A DNA stretch of 64,000 nt from Pseudomonadota bacterium (GTDB lineage Bacteria > Bdellovibrionota_C > UBA2361 > OMII01): the NCBI GenBank assembly GCA_038134595.1, contig JAYPVM010000008.1, positions 1,461 through 65,460 of the forward strand, written 5' to 3'. Under the pieces are notes generated by a model. That model was not told the origin of the DNA, ran no database searches, and worked only from the letters and a program-made list of their open reading frames with translations. The position numbers were made by a program, and so were the translations under genes. Of the stretch, positions 45,581-55,531 are shown piece by piece; the stretch's first letter is position 1; every line of letters starts with the position of its first letter.

Positions 45581-46336
45581 ATGGCCAAACAAGCCTCCCA
45601 GAAAACTAAGAAAGGGGAAAAAACGCTCACAGCACGAATTGAGAAAACAACATCATCCAAAGCAAATAATTATGTTCTTGATCTGAAGGTAAACAGCCCA
45701 GCTTCACTTGATTACTTAAGTATCGACGGACTTGAATCTGCACCTGCTATGGTACGCTTGTCTAAGGTTAAGGGGCTCGATGTAATAGCAATAACCGACC
45801 TCTACAGTGGTGACTTCGTTGACCCACTCGTATCCGCTGCAAAGGGGAGTCGTTTAACGGTTATTCCTGGAGTCAGTGTCCGTTGTTCGGTTGGGTCGTG
45901 TACAGATGTTATTTTGTCGTGCCTGTTTCCGGAAACTACAACCAGTGACCAGATTAGAGAGTTTTTGAATGAGCTAGATATCCCAACAGACGCTGCGCAA
46001 AGCCCTTCATATATTGTATCTCATCCACTTGATTCCATCCTGCATGTCCTTGACTCAAAGCAGGGGGTTGCTATCCCAACCCGTGTTGATAAAACTCCCC
46101 ACCGATTAAGCGCCCTTGGCGATCTAGTTGAAACGTATGGTTTCCGAGCATTTGATCTTGCCTATGCCGATACGGCACGTATGTTTAAACAGCGCTGGCC
46201 AAAGCTAAAGTTTAGTTTGTTTTCGTTTTCTGATGCATATGGATTGGCTCAGATAGGTAGCCGTTCCGCTCGTGTGAAAATGGCGGCCCCCGGTTTCGAT
46301 GGAGTCAGAGAGATAGTTGCTAGACAATCTCTTTAG
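45581..46336 (+). CDS. PHP (polymerase/histidinol-phosphatase)-fold protein with substitutions at the aligned metal-ligand positions
   Basis: DLKVNSPASLDY (cf. DLHxHSxxSDG), VIAITDLYS (cf. AITDH), PGVSVRC (cf. GxEx), FSFSDAYG (cf. GSDAH). The ATG at 45581 is preceded by GAGAGGAG. Confidence 0.5.
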   Translation: MAKQASQKTKKGEKTLTARIEKTTSSKANNYVLDLKVNSPASLDYLSIDGLESAPAMVRLSKVKGLDVIAITDLYSGDFVDPLVSAAKGSRLTVIPGVSVRCSVGSCTDVILSCLFPETTTSDQIREFLNELDIPTDAAQSPSYIVSHPLDSILHVLDSKQGVAIPTRVDKTPHRLSALGDLVETYGFRAFDLAYADTARMFKQRWPKLKFSLFSFSDAYGLAQIGSRSARVKMAAPGFDGVREIVARQSL

Positions 46337-47678
46337 GTTGCACAGATACCCTTCGATAGAGAAGGGTATCGATTATCTTTGCCCCTACAAGGTCTCCCCA
46401 TACGTTAACAGTTGTGCGCATCATATCCATAATTCGATCGATTCCGAGGATAAGTGCGGCAGCGGAAAGCGGAAGCGCAGCATCACCTTGAAGGCCGAGA
46501 GATTGATTGACCGCTTCGATGACAATTGCCATCGTCACTAGTCCGGCTGAGGGAATACCGGCCGCTCCGACAGCGGCAAGGGTAGCGGTAATGACAATTA
46601 TCGCAAGTTGAAGGGTATGAAGCTCAATCCCGTAACATTGAAATAAAAATATCACCGCAACTGCTTCATAGAGTGCTGTGCCATCCATGTTGATTGTTGC
46701 TCCCAACGGTAGGATAAATCGAGCCACATATGAGGAAACACCTCCCTTGTCTTCTGCCGTCCGAATGGAGACCGGTAACGTTGCTGAAGAGGAATCGGTT
46801 GTAAATGCGGTAAGAAGAGCGTTTCGCATCTTTGCCAAGAAGGCAAATGGATTTGTTTGTGTCGCTAAGAAGTATAATAGTGGAAGAAGCAGTAGTCCGT
46901 GAATGCCAAGGCCTAACGTTACCGTCATTACGTACTTACTTAAGGGCCCAAGCAGAGATGCTAATCCGATACGAGCTACTGTCCACGTTACAAGAAAGAA
47001 TATGCCGACGGGAGCGAGATGGAGGATCCAAGAGATTACAAGCATGGAGATAGCAAACAATGATTCGAATAGGTTTCGGACTGAGCGTCCCGAATCGCCG
47101 AGGACAAGAAGCGCTGTGCCCAGCAGTATGCTGACCGATATTACTGAGAGTAGGTCTCCTTCGGTGGCAGCTTTGAGAGGGTTTGCCGGAATAAGGTGGC
47201 TTGAGATGTTTTGCAACGCCATCCACAGTCCACCAGTAGCGTGTTCGCCCGCTGACTGTATGTGGCTGGATACGGACGAAGAGCCTGCTGTGTCTCCGAT
47301 ACCGACCCCAGGAGCAATTGTCACTACGAGCAGAACGCCAACTGTCGCAGCCATGAGCATCGTAGAGATGTAGAACACTGAGGCAAGGATGCCGATTTTC
47401 CCTAGTTCTGAGGGAGAGCCAATTGAGCAAATTCCAACGACAACCGACGACGCAACGAGGGGAACGAGAATCATCTTCAATAGATTGATGAAAAGTGTAT
47501 TCCCGATAAATTCGCACGTGCTCGTAATTTCACTCGGAACCACTCCCTGAAAGTATCTAAAGAGAGCTTCGCCGCAGATCAGGCCAGTGATAAGACCTAG
47601 GATTATTGCCCACGAGAGGAACGGTGAGCTTGAAAAATGGGAAGAGGGGCAAGTAGAGTCGTGGTGTGGTGTCGTCAT
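46320..47678 (-). CDS. Dicarboxylate/amino acid:cation symporter (DAACS/GltP family)
   Basis: SSSATLP, PLGATINMDGTALYEAV, VDRIMDMMRT-like C-terminus, 8 or more TM segments. Confidence 0.9.
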   Translation of the reverse strand: MTTPHHDSTCPSSHFSSSPFLSWAIILGLITGLICGEALFRYFQGVVPSEITSTCEFIGNTLFINLLKMILVPLVASSVVVGICSIGSPSELGKIGILASVFYISTMLMAATVGVLLVVTIAPGVGIGDTAGSSSVSSHIQSAGEHATGGLWMALQNISSHLIPANPLKAATEGDLLSVISVSILLGTALLVLGDSGRSVRNLFESLFAISMLVISWILHLAPVGIFFLVTWTVARIGLASLLGPLSKYVMTVTLGLGIHGLLLLPLLYFLATQTNPFAFLAKMRNALLTAFTTDSSSATLPVSIRTAEDKGGVSSYVARFILPLGATINMDGTALYEAVAVIFLFQCYGIELHTLQLAIIVITATLAAVGAAGIPSAGLVTMAIVIEAVNQSLGLQGDAALPLSAAALILGIDRIMDMMRTTVNVWGDLVGAKIIDTLLYRRVSVQPKEIV

Positions 47679-47831
47679 GAGGAAACTCTAGCAATGACGT
47701 ATCATGGGCGCAAAGGAAAGATTGTAAAGCATCTAGAGATCTTCCAAAAAGCTATTAATCCCGTGTTATTATCGATAGTGTATGGGGCTTGTCTTGCGGT
47801 GATTATGGAAGTAATACAGAATGAGGGCGCT

Positions 47832-48293
47832 ATGAATTATTGGTTAGTAAAAACTGAGCCTGATGTGTACTCTATCGAGGATCTGAGGCGCGATAAATTT
47901 ACGGCATGGACAGGTGTTCGAAACTATCAGGCCAGAAATTTCCTCACTGCGATGAAGGTAGGCGATAAGGTTCTGATTTATCATTCCAATGCCAAGCCTC
48001 CCGGAGTCGTTGGTGTTGGTGTTATTAAATCCAAAGCGGTACCGGACGAGACTCAATTTGAGGAGAAGGGAGAGTACTACGATCCGAAGGCTACTCGAGA
48101 GAAACCGAGATGGTTTTGTCCGGATATCCGTTTTGTGCAAGCGTTTAGGACGATGGTCTCACTTGATGAACTTCGGGAGGATCGTTCGTTAAAAGATCTG
48201 TTGCTTTTACAACGGGGATCTCGACTCAGTGTTATTCCAGTAGAAGAGAAACATTTTACCACTATACTTTCGTTAGCAGAAGCCAGCTGCTAG
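47832..48293 (+). CDS. EVE (PUA-like) domain protein
   Basis: MNYWLVKTEPDVYSIEDL, WTGVRNYQARNFL, GDKVLIYHS. The ATG at 47832 is preferred. The track ORF starts at 47637 and overlaps the divergent symporter. Confidence 0.8.
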   Translation: MNYWLVKTEPDVYSIEDLRRDKFTAWTGVRNYQARNFLTAMKVGDKVLIYHSNAKPPGVVGVGVIKSKAVPDETQFEEKGEYYDPKATREKPRWFCPDIRFVQAFRTMVSLDELREDRSLKDLLLLQRGSRLSVIPVEEKHFTTILSLAEASC

Positions 48294-48326
48294 CACGCGA
48301 GTTTTATAAAGAGGTTAAGAAGATTT

Positions 48327-49106
48327 GTGATTGAGAGGATACATTTAAAGACACCCGAAGAGTTAGAGTTAATGCGCGGGGCATGTGCAGTCACAACCAC
48401 TATCCTTGATGAGGTCGGTGATATTATTCGACCGGGAATAAGCACCGAGCAGATTAATACATTCGTACACCAACGCACGACAGAGCTAGGGGCGACCCCC
48501 TCGCCGTTAAACTATCGAGGATTTCCGAAGTCGGTGTGTGTTTCTCCCAACGATGTTATCTGTCACGGTATTCCAGCGCCGTTTGTAATTCTTCAAGCGG
48601 GAGACATCGTCAACGTTGATGTGACCTCTTACAAAAACGGTTTCCATGGAGATTCTAGCCGAATGTTTTTTGTCGGTGGAAGAGACGCGTGCTCTGATGA
48701 GTCGCAAAGACTAGTTGATGCAGCGCGAGAATCTCTCTATGTGGGTATTAAGGCTGTGGCCCCAGGCAACCGAATAGGAGATATCGGCGCGGCAATTCAA
48801 GCGTTTATTCAGTCGAATCATCCTGAGTATGGAATTGTGAGAGAGTACACAGGACACGGCCTAGGGCGCCAATTCCACGAGGCTCCTCAAGTGGTACACG
48901 TTGCCAGAAAGGGAACTGGACCGGTTATGAAACCAGGGATGACTTTTACAATTGAGCCAATGATTAATGCAGGCTCGTACAAGACGGTGCTTTCGCAGGT
49001 CGATGGATGGACAGTCCGTACTGCTGATGGCTCGCTGTCAGCTCAGTGGGAGCACACCCTAGTGGTCACTGAAGATGGTTGTGAGATTCTTACAGAAAGT
49101 AAGTAA
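48327..49106 (+). CDS. map: Methionine aminopeptidase type I
   Basis: CHGIP, NVDVT, GDSSRMF, GHGLGRQFHE, FTIEPM, WEHT. These are the metal-ligand motifs. Confidence 0.95.
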   Translation: MIERIHLKTPEELELMRGACAVTTTILDEVGDIIRPGISTEQINTFVHQRTTELGATPSPLNYRGFPKSVCVSPNDVICHGIPAPFVILQAGDIVNVDVTSYKNGFHGDSSRMFFVGGRDACSDESQRLVDAARESLYVGIKAVAPGNRIGDIGAAIQAFIQSNHPEYGIVREYTGHGLGRQFHEAPQVVHVARKGTGPVMKPGMTFTIEPMINAGSYKTVLSQVDGWTVRTADGSLSAQWEHTLVVTEDGCEILTESK

Positions 49107-49328
49107 TACATCTCTGGTAGAAAAACCTGTGTGGTGATCCCGTGTCTACTCTGTTTTTGGAGCTCATTCGGGGGCGGATTCTTACGCCTCATTCTCTTAG
49201 TTTCGGCTCAATAAAAAAGAGCCGAGTTGTTGTGATACGGTGGTGCGTGCAGCGTTGTTCCATCCTGACACGAACTACATCTCTTTTTGTGGAGAGCTCC
49301 GCCTGCCTGAGGCTACAAGAGAGGATCT

Positions 49329-50903
49329 TTATTCTTCAGTCTCGTCCTCGTCGCCGTGCCCGTTGTCATCTCGCACTATTGCAAAGCGTTGCATGCCACG
49401 AGACTCTACGACGAAGCGTAACCCTTTAGTAAGGTCCCCTTTGCTGATTGCATCTCTAAATTCATCAATTGAATTCACATCCTTTCCGTCGACACTGATT
49501 ATCACATCGCCCGGTTGAAGCTCGGCATTTGCGGCAGGTCCACGAGGATCGATTCCTGATATGAATATACCACGGCTTCTCTCTGTTCGAGGTTTACGGG
49601 GCGAAGCGCTCGTAAACTCTTCGACTGTTACGCCTACGTCATCTACTGCACCATCTGGTTCCTGCTCTGTTTCTAGCGTTTGCGATGGAAGCTCGCCGAT
49701 TGTTACCGTTCGAGTAAGCTTTTTGCCGTTTCTTACCACTAAGATAGATGCACGAGTGTTGGGTTTGATGCCCGCTATTAAGTTTCGTAGTTGGTTTACG
49801 TTCTTAATTCGTGATGATTCAACTTTGATGATGATATCACCCTGTTTAAATCCCGCAGATTTGGCTGGCCCGTCTGGATCAACGTGGCCCACTAATGCGC
49901 CATCTGTCGAGGAGTAGTTGAAAGACTCTGAGAGATCTTCGGTTAGATTTTGAATACCAACACCGAGCCAACCGCGTGTTACCTTTCCGTTAGAGATAAG
50001 ACTTGTTAGTACTTGTTTTGCCATGTTGATCGGGATTGCAAATCCAATGCCCATGTACCCGCCGGATTTAGAGACGATAGCAGTGTTAATGCCCACCACT
50101 TCTCCACGGAGGTTGACGAGGGGGCCGCCACTGTTTCCAGGGTTAATGGCGGCATCAGTTTGGATGAAATCCTCATATTGAGCACCACCGGATAGCGCCC
50201 GTCCTTTTGCAGAGACGATACCTGCTGTAATTGTGTTGTCTAATCCAAAGCTAGCACCTGCTGCCACAACCCATTCACCTATTTTGAGCCCATCGGAGTC
50301 GCCGAGCTGAGCTGGTTTGGCAAGTTCCTCGCGTACCTTGATTTTTATGACGGCAAGATCCGTTCTTGGGTCGGTACCAACCACTTTAGCCTTCACCGTT
50401 TTTTCGTTGGCTAACCGGACCGTGACTTCATCAGCGTCTCCAAGAACGTGGTTGTTGGTCAGAATGTGGCCACTTTCGTCGACGATCACACCGGTCCCAA
50501 GCCCTCGTTGGGGAGTAGGGGCCATTTTGTCTACAAAGTCATCGCCAAAAAACTCTCGTAATGGATCGCGCCCCTTCTTGTTTTTGCGTTTCTTGGGGGA
50601 GCTCTCGGTCGAAATTGTTACCACTGAGGGAGTGATATTTTCCGCTACCCGTTCAAAGGCCTGTGAAAGCTCTTCAGCGACCCGCGCGCCTGGAATTACA
50701 GCGGTCTCTTCGGCGGTAATTGTAGTCGGGCGCAAGACGAAGCCTGTTCCGACGAGCAGAGCAAAAGCTAGGGTAACGCTTCGTTTCAATTGTGGAATAC
50801 ATCTTAAGGTTCGACTATAAGATGGAGCTCCAACGTTGGAAGGAGTTATTTGAAGGTTAGCTGATAAGTCTGATTGAGTCGGGGTCTGTTCTTTGCTTTT
50901 CAT
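49329..50903 (-). CDS. htrA: Periplasmic serine endoprotease DegP/HtrA with two PDZ-like domains
   Basis: TNNHV, DLAV, GNSGGPLVN. Two PDZ-like segments (GDIIIKVES.., GDVIISVDG..). Confidence 0.9.
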   Translation of the reverse strand: MKSKEQTPTQSDLSANLQITPSNVGAPSYSRTLRCIPQLKRSVTLAFALLVGTGFVLRPTTITAEETAVIPGARVAEELSQAFERVAENITPSVVTISTESSPKKRKNKKGRDPLREFFGDDFVDKMAPTPQRGLGTGVIVDESGHILTNNHVLGDADEVTVRLANEKTVKAKVVGTDPRTDLAVIKIKVREELAKPAQLGDSDGLKIGEWVVAAGASFGLDNTITAGIVSAKGRALSGGAQYEDFIQTDAAINPGNSGGPLVNLRGEVVGINTAIVSKSGGYMGIGFAIPINMAKQVLTSLISNGKVTRGWLGVGIQNLTEDLSESFNYSSTDGALVGHVDPDGPAKSAGFKQGDIIIKVESSRIKNVNQLRNLIAGIKPNTRASILVVRNGKKLTRTVTIGELPSQTLETEQEPDGAVDDVGVTVEEFTSASPRKPRTERSRGIFISGIDPRGPAANAELQPGDVIISVDGKDVNSIDEFRDAISKGDLTKGLRFVVESRGMQRFAIVRDDNGHGDEDETEE

Positions 50904-50987
50904 AGGTTTTGTAAAAGTTTAAGGATATAATACACCTTTGCGATCGTGTACCATGAAAGACGACAACCCGAAAGGAATATTCAAGTA

Positions 50988-51701
50988 ATGTCAAAAAGGA
51001 ATGGGAAAGACCTGAGAGTAGAGAGGATGCCGGTGATCATATACCTGCATGGACTAGGATCCTCTCCTGAGGCTCATAAGGCGACAGTTTTTCGCTCTTT
51101 TTTTTCGGAGCGAGGGCACAGAGTTGAAGTTCCTAATTTGACGATCCCAAGTTTTGAGAATCTTTCGGTTGATACAGCGGTGCGTCTCATTGTGGACCGA
51201 CTGATAGACCTAGGTCGTGAGAACGATGTTATTGTGCTAGGGAGTAGTTATGGCGCGTTTCTGGGAATTCAGAGTGTTGAACAGCTATCTCCATCTGAAC
51301 GACAGTCAATTAAGGCGATGTTCTTTTTTGCACCTTTATTATATCCGTGGCATGAGCAGTACGGATTGATATCTCCTAAGTTAGAACGGCAATGGATAGC
51401 CGATGGAGTGCTTGAACTGCCCTCAGGAGAGCCTCCACAGATGGTGCCGGTTCGTGTTAATTTTTTGCGCGAGTTGCGACGGTATCCGATGGTTCAAATC
51501 GACAATGACATAGCAGTTACGTTGTTTCACGGGGAGCAGGATGAGGTGGTGCCGATTGAGCAAAGCAAACTCTATGTAGAGATGTGTCCTCATGTCGAGC
51601 TTGTTACAATGGCTGGGGACCACGGGCTCTTTGAGTACGATGACACGTTAACCGAAGCGGTTTGGAGGCGGATGTCCGAGTTGCTGCGCACGTCGCGGTA
51701 A
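50988..51701 (+). CDS. YqiA-like esterase / alpha/beta hydrolase (UPF0227-like)
   Basis: IIYLHGLGSSPEAHKA, GSSYGA (nucleophile elbow), HGEQDEVVP, GDHG. Confidence 0.6.
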   Translation: MSKRNGKDLRVERMPVIIYLHGLGSSPEAHKATVFRSFFSERGHRVEVPNLTIPSFENLSVDTAVRLIVDRLIDLGRENDVIVLGSSYGAFLGIQSVEQLSPSERQSIKAMFFFAPLLYPWHEQYGLISPKLERQWIADGVLELPSGEPPQMVPVRVNFLRELRRYPMVQIDNDIAVTLFHGEQDEVVPIEQSKLYVEMCPHVELVTMAGDHGLFEYDDTLTEAVWRRMSELLRTSR

Positions 51702-51934
51702 TTTTTGGGCGCTAGCAGGGTGGTGAAAAAAGGTTCCGTCGTGAGCATTTTGAGAGTTTTGACGAAACGAGGCGGAGACGACGAAAAAACCGGAGGCGTA
51801 TCCACTGAGATACGTTGAGGATTTTTTCGGCGGCTCCAACGAAGTTGCAGTCGAACTATCGAAATGCGCAACAGGAAATCATTTTTCACCACCCTGCTAG
51901 GAGATTAACAGAAGGTTATGGCATACTGGTTCTA

Positions 51935-53389
51935 ATGAACGTTTCATCGAAATCAAGGATTATTGTTTACATCGTTATTATTGCCGTATTGGTGATTGTC
52001 GGGCTTTTTGGCGCTGAGAGTGTTTTTGGTCCGAGAGAGAGTGTCGTTGAGATGTTTCCAGTTACATCGGAATCTCCAGCGGTACAAAGTGGCGTGGTAG
52101 TTCCTGCCCCGCAACATACCCCGTCGGGGCGCAGGGCAAAGAAACGTAGCGCGCGGCGAGATGCTTCGTTCGAGCAGCAACTTAGAGCGCTTAAGTCAGG
52201 AGAGGTTGGAGTTGCCGACTCTGAGGCGGGCTCTCAAGGTGGTTCTAATGGGCCAATCAGTGAAATTATAGGTAGGTCGACTCAGGATCAAAGCTCTACA
52301 GGGGCGCTGAGTGACGATGTGGCGTCTGTGAAGGGAACTGCCGGGACGCAAGAACGAACGTCAAAGGACGACGATGTTTCAAACGAAGATCCTCTCGATT
52401 TTCTCGGCGGGATTATGGTTAGTAACAACACTGGGCTACAGGCTGTCGTGACACCGCAAGTAACCCCTCAAACGGGACGCCCGTGGGTGAGAGGGCAGGC
52501 AAGGGGGTACACGATGCTGTCTGCGATGCAACCGGAAGCACGGGTTGTTGTCGAGACGCAGGTTGAGACGCTCCTTTCGGCGAAAATAAGGGAGCCATAT
52601 ATCGGCGTGCTGATTGATGGCACCTTTGGTCGGGACTTTACGTATCTAAAAGATGTTATCGAGCGATTGTCTGGCGATGGAAGAGCGCTGACACTAGCAC
52701 TATATTTAACGAATGGACCCACGATGCGCAAATGGCGCGAGACCCCAATTGATGCACTCTTTTCGAGGATTAATCCCTCTGATTTTCGTCAGCGAATCAG
52801 GCGAGAACAGCAGCTCCAAGCGCAATTTTTGGCCGTAGTGCTTCAAGCAAAAGATGTTTTTGAGTTTAACATCAGTTTGAATTCGGGAAACAATAACGTT
52901 GCGATTGTTATGCTAGAGGATAATCTCGATAGTTTTGCATATCGAGCGATGAGAGAGATTGCGTCAGCAGAGATCGGCTCACTTGCGGGCTTTATCCGTA
53001 ATCCATGTCTGGGATGTTATGAAGGCAATGATGACATTACTTTGGGAGATCCCCGAGAGGAGCATAAGCTTGAGCGATATAACATTCTCAAGCGTGGAGA
53101 TGCTTATTCGTTGGATGGCTTGGGATTCTCATATCCAGATGGAAGTGGAAACGGCCTGGCGGCGGCACAGCTTCGAGACTTAATGGTAAACTCCTACTCA
53201 CGTGGCTTGCGTTATGTTGGATTGTGGCGGTATGAGTGGCAGGGCTTAGAGTTTGGGGGTGGGAATCCGCGCCCAGAAACACGAACCCACACGCCAAGCA
53301 ATCCGGATCAACAAGAGTTTGAGATAGAGATGCTTCGAGAGGGGTTGGTTGCAGAGACAGATGGCATAAGCGTTGATGATGAATTGTAA
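51935..53389 (+). CDS. Orphan membrane-anchored 484-aa protein
   Basis: The ATG at 51935 is followed by the TM helix IIVYIVIIAVLVIVGLFG, a disordered linker and a ~300-aa globular region. I recognise no motif. Confidence 0.6.
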   Translation: MNVSSKSRIIVYIVIIAVLVIVGLFGAESVFGPRESVVEMFPVTSESPAVQSGVVVPAPQHTPSGRRAKKRSARRDASFEQQLRALKSGEVGVADSEAGSQGGSNGPISEIIGRSTQDQSSTGALSDDVASVKGTAGTQERTSKDDDVSNEDPLDFLGGIMVSNNTGLQAVVTPQVTPQTGRPWVRGQARGYTMLSAMQPEARVVVETQVETLLSAKIREPYIGVLIDGTFGRDFTYLKDVIERLSGDGRALTLALYLTNGPTMRKWRETPIDALFSRINPSDFRQRIRREQQLQAQFLAVVLQAKDVFEFNISLNSGNNNVAIVMLEDNLDSFAYRAMREIASAEIGSLAGFIRNPCLGCYEGNDDITLGDPREEHKLERYNILKRGDAYSLDGLGFSYPDGSGNGLAAAQLRDLMVNSYSRGLRYVGLWRYEWQGLEFGGGNPRPETRTHTPSNPDQQEFEIEMLREGLVAETDGISVDDEL

Positions 53390-53426
53390 GTGAGGTGCGC
53401 ACGTGCGTGGTGTTGACGGATAGGGT

Positions 53427-53951
53427 GTGGTTATGGAGATGCAAGTGATGAATAGAAATACTTTTGAGGAGCTACTTGATGCGTTGCAGGCTGACCTCAC
53501 GTTTGCTGACGAGAGTCTGTTTCCCCTTGAGGCCGTGGTCGAGGTGGCAAAAACACATGCGGCACCGCGGCAAGAAGCTTTTCGAGATTGTGCTCTGGCA
53601 ACATCTGAGAGTTTGGTTTTGTTGTTGGCGCTTGATATCACCGTTGCTGCCGCTGGCCTTGCCATTAAGAGGCTGGCGCACGATGAGCGAGGCGCAGTGG
53701 GTGGTGTTAGAGAGGATGTAGTCGATATTTGGGGACGAGCACAGGCGGCTCGATGCCTCTGGTATGACGTCATTGTAGGGGGCGAGAAAGGGGAGGGACT
53801 TCATCAATCTAAAGAGACACTTGTCCGACTTGCTTCAGACGCTGTTGGCGTTTCAAAACGATTGGGGTGTTTAGTCGCTCAATATGTTGAATTTACATCA
53901 CAAATCGACAGCATGGTTTTTCCTAAAAGCTTTGAGATTCCGAGCTCTTGA
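53427..53951 (+). CDS. Orphan ~170-aa helical protein
   Basis: The plus-strand ORF has ordinary composition. The equally long antisense ORF is Ser/Arg/Ala/Cys-rich and typical of an ORF shadow. The likely start is the ATG at 53448, which has GGAG upstream. Confidence 0.45.
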   Translation: MVMEMQVMNRNTFEELLDALQADLTFADESLFPLEAVVEVAKTHAAPRQEAFRDCALATSESLVLLLALDITVAAAGLAIKRLAHDERGAVGGVREDVVDIWGRAQAARCLWYDVIVGGEKGEGLHQSKETLVRLASDAVGVSKRLGCLVAQYVEFTSQIDSMVFPKSFEIPSS

Positions 53952-54227
53952 CCACAAATGTGGTTGTGATAACCTCCGTGTTCTTGTGTAATCGGGCTTT
54001 GCCCGTTGGCTTTTCGTTGGGAGATTGGCGACAAGGTGTTGTGCGGGAGTTTGCCGTACAAGTGACTGGATCGATTTAACCTCAACCGAAGCCCAACACC
54101 GGATTTGAGAGGGCTAGATTCTAGAAGTTTGGCCAGTGAGCTAGCGATGTAATAAGCTTCAAACTAGAAGCGGATGTTCCTAGCGATAATCGTTTAAAAT
54201 AGTGTAAACACACTGGTAGAAGAAGTT

Positions 54228-54668
54228 ATGAGTACCAAATTTGTTTCAGCAGAAGCCGCTCGCGAAGGAGCCGCATGGTGGGTAATAGATGCCACAGACG
54301 TTCCAGTCGGACGTTTGGCTACAGAAGCTGCTCGATTGATTCGAGGAAAACACAAGCCGACATTTACGCCAAATGTAGATGGGGGTGATTTTGTTGTTGT
54401 TGTCAACGCTGAGAAGGTTAAGCTAACAGGTGCGAAGCTTCAGAATAAGGTATATCGACATGTGACAGGATATATCGGAGGACTTAAAGAGATACCGGCT
54501 CGTAAGATGCTCGAAACTCATCCTGAGCGGGTTGTTGAGCGTGCAGTTAAAGGCATGCTTCCTGAAGGAGTTCTCGGACACAGGCTCAACGGTAAGTTAA
54601 AAGTGTACAAGGGCAGTGAGCATCCACACGTGGCGCAAACTCCTCAGCAGTACACGATTACGAAATAG
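54228..54668 (+). CDS. rplM: 50S ribosomal protein L13
   Basis: [32 protein letters not shown], and the conserved rplM-rpsI order. Confidence 0.95.
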   Translation: MSTKFVSAEAAREGAAWWVIDATDVPVGRLATEAARLIRGKHKPTFTPNVDGGDFVVVVNAEKVKLTGAKLQNKVYRHVTGYIGGLKEIPARKMLETHPERVVERAVKGMLPEGVLGHRLNGKLKVYKGSEHPHVAQTPQQYTITK

Positions 54669-54704
54669 TTTTTGGTTATAGCATTAGCAAGGATAAGGAG
54701 AGTC

Positions 54705-55100
54705 ATGATTAAGGGTGGTGGTTTTCACGCAGTAGGACGCCGAAAGACAGCAGTCGCTCGGGTATATGTTCGCCCAGGTACAGGTAAGTTCGTTGTAAAT
54801 GGTAAGAACACATCAGAATATTTTGGTCGTTTGAGCCTTGAACTCATTCTCAAGAGTCCGCTTGTTGCGACAGATACAATCGAGAAGTTTGATATATTAG
54901 CCAATTGCACTGGCGGTGGTTTGAGTGGACAGGCTGGCGCTCTTAAGATGGCTCTTGGTCGTGTGCTTTGTCAGGTTGATTCTGAGATGCGCCCTACGGT
55001 AAAGGCTATTGGGGCTCTCACTCGTGATGCACGAGAGGTCGAGCGTAAGAAGTACGGTCGGCACAAAGCTCGGAAGCGACCACAGTTCTCGAAGCGTTAA
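54705..55100 (+). CDS. rpsI: 30S ribosomal protein S9
   Basis: GRRKTAVARVYV, GGGLSGQAGALKMAL, RKKYGRHKARKRPQFSKR. AAGGAG lies upstream of the ATG at 54705. Confidence 0.95.
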   Translation: MIKGGGFHAVGRRKTAVARVYVRPGTGKFVVNGKNTSEYFGRLSLELILKSPLVATDTIEKFDILANCTGGGLSGQAGALKMALGRVLCQVDSEMRPTVKAIGALTRDAREVERKKYGRHKARKRPQFSKR

Positions 55101-55150
55101 TCGTTTCCCAGTATTCATTCTCCTTTGGAAATTCCCAGGGAGAAGCAGAA

Positions 55151-55186
55151 AAAAGAGCGACTCCATGTCGCTCTTTTTTTTTGTTT
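55151..55186 (+). terminator. Rho-independent terminator of rplM-rpsI
   Basis: AGAGCGAC-tccat-GTCGCTCT followed by a T8 run. Confidence 0.8.
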
Positions 55187-55531
55187 TATATGATGCGGAG
55201 TGTTGATTGAAGTGCTTGAAGGCTGTTGAATCGGGTCAATAACGATTTTAATTCACGACGCTTTTCGTCGTGTGGCTGTATCGTTGGCCTGTCAAAGGTT
55301 GTGCTATGCTGGGCCTACAATCGTAGTTTTCATGAATCGATGCTTTTAGAGCGTGTTCGATAGAGAGAATGCGAAAATTAGGTCTGCTCCGCCCCAGACG
55401 ATATCTATAATTTGTAGAAACGTATTTGTGTAGATAGCTATTGGCGCACCTCCCAAATAAGTTGGAGCCTTTACTATCCAATAAATGCCACCTTCTTTTT
55501 TATGGCGAAGAGATGATAGAGTGTTGCCATT

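Noticed and set aside
45214-45660. 148-aa minus-strand ORF spanning the spacer between the CNNM-type gene and the PHP-like gene
   Set aside because: It overlaps both well-supported plus-strand genes at its ends, and I saw no recognisable motif or RBS. A short real gene within 45285-45520 cannot be fully excluded.
53246-53773. 175-aa minus-strand ORF overlapping the 174-aa plus-strand ORF
   Set aside because: Its Ser/Arg/Ala/Cys-rich, low-complexity translation is typical of an antisense shadow. The plus-strand product has ordinary composition and a GGAG-ATG start.
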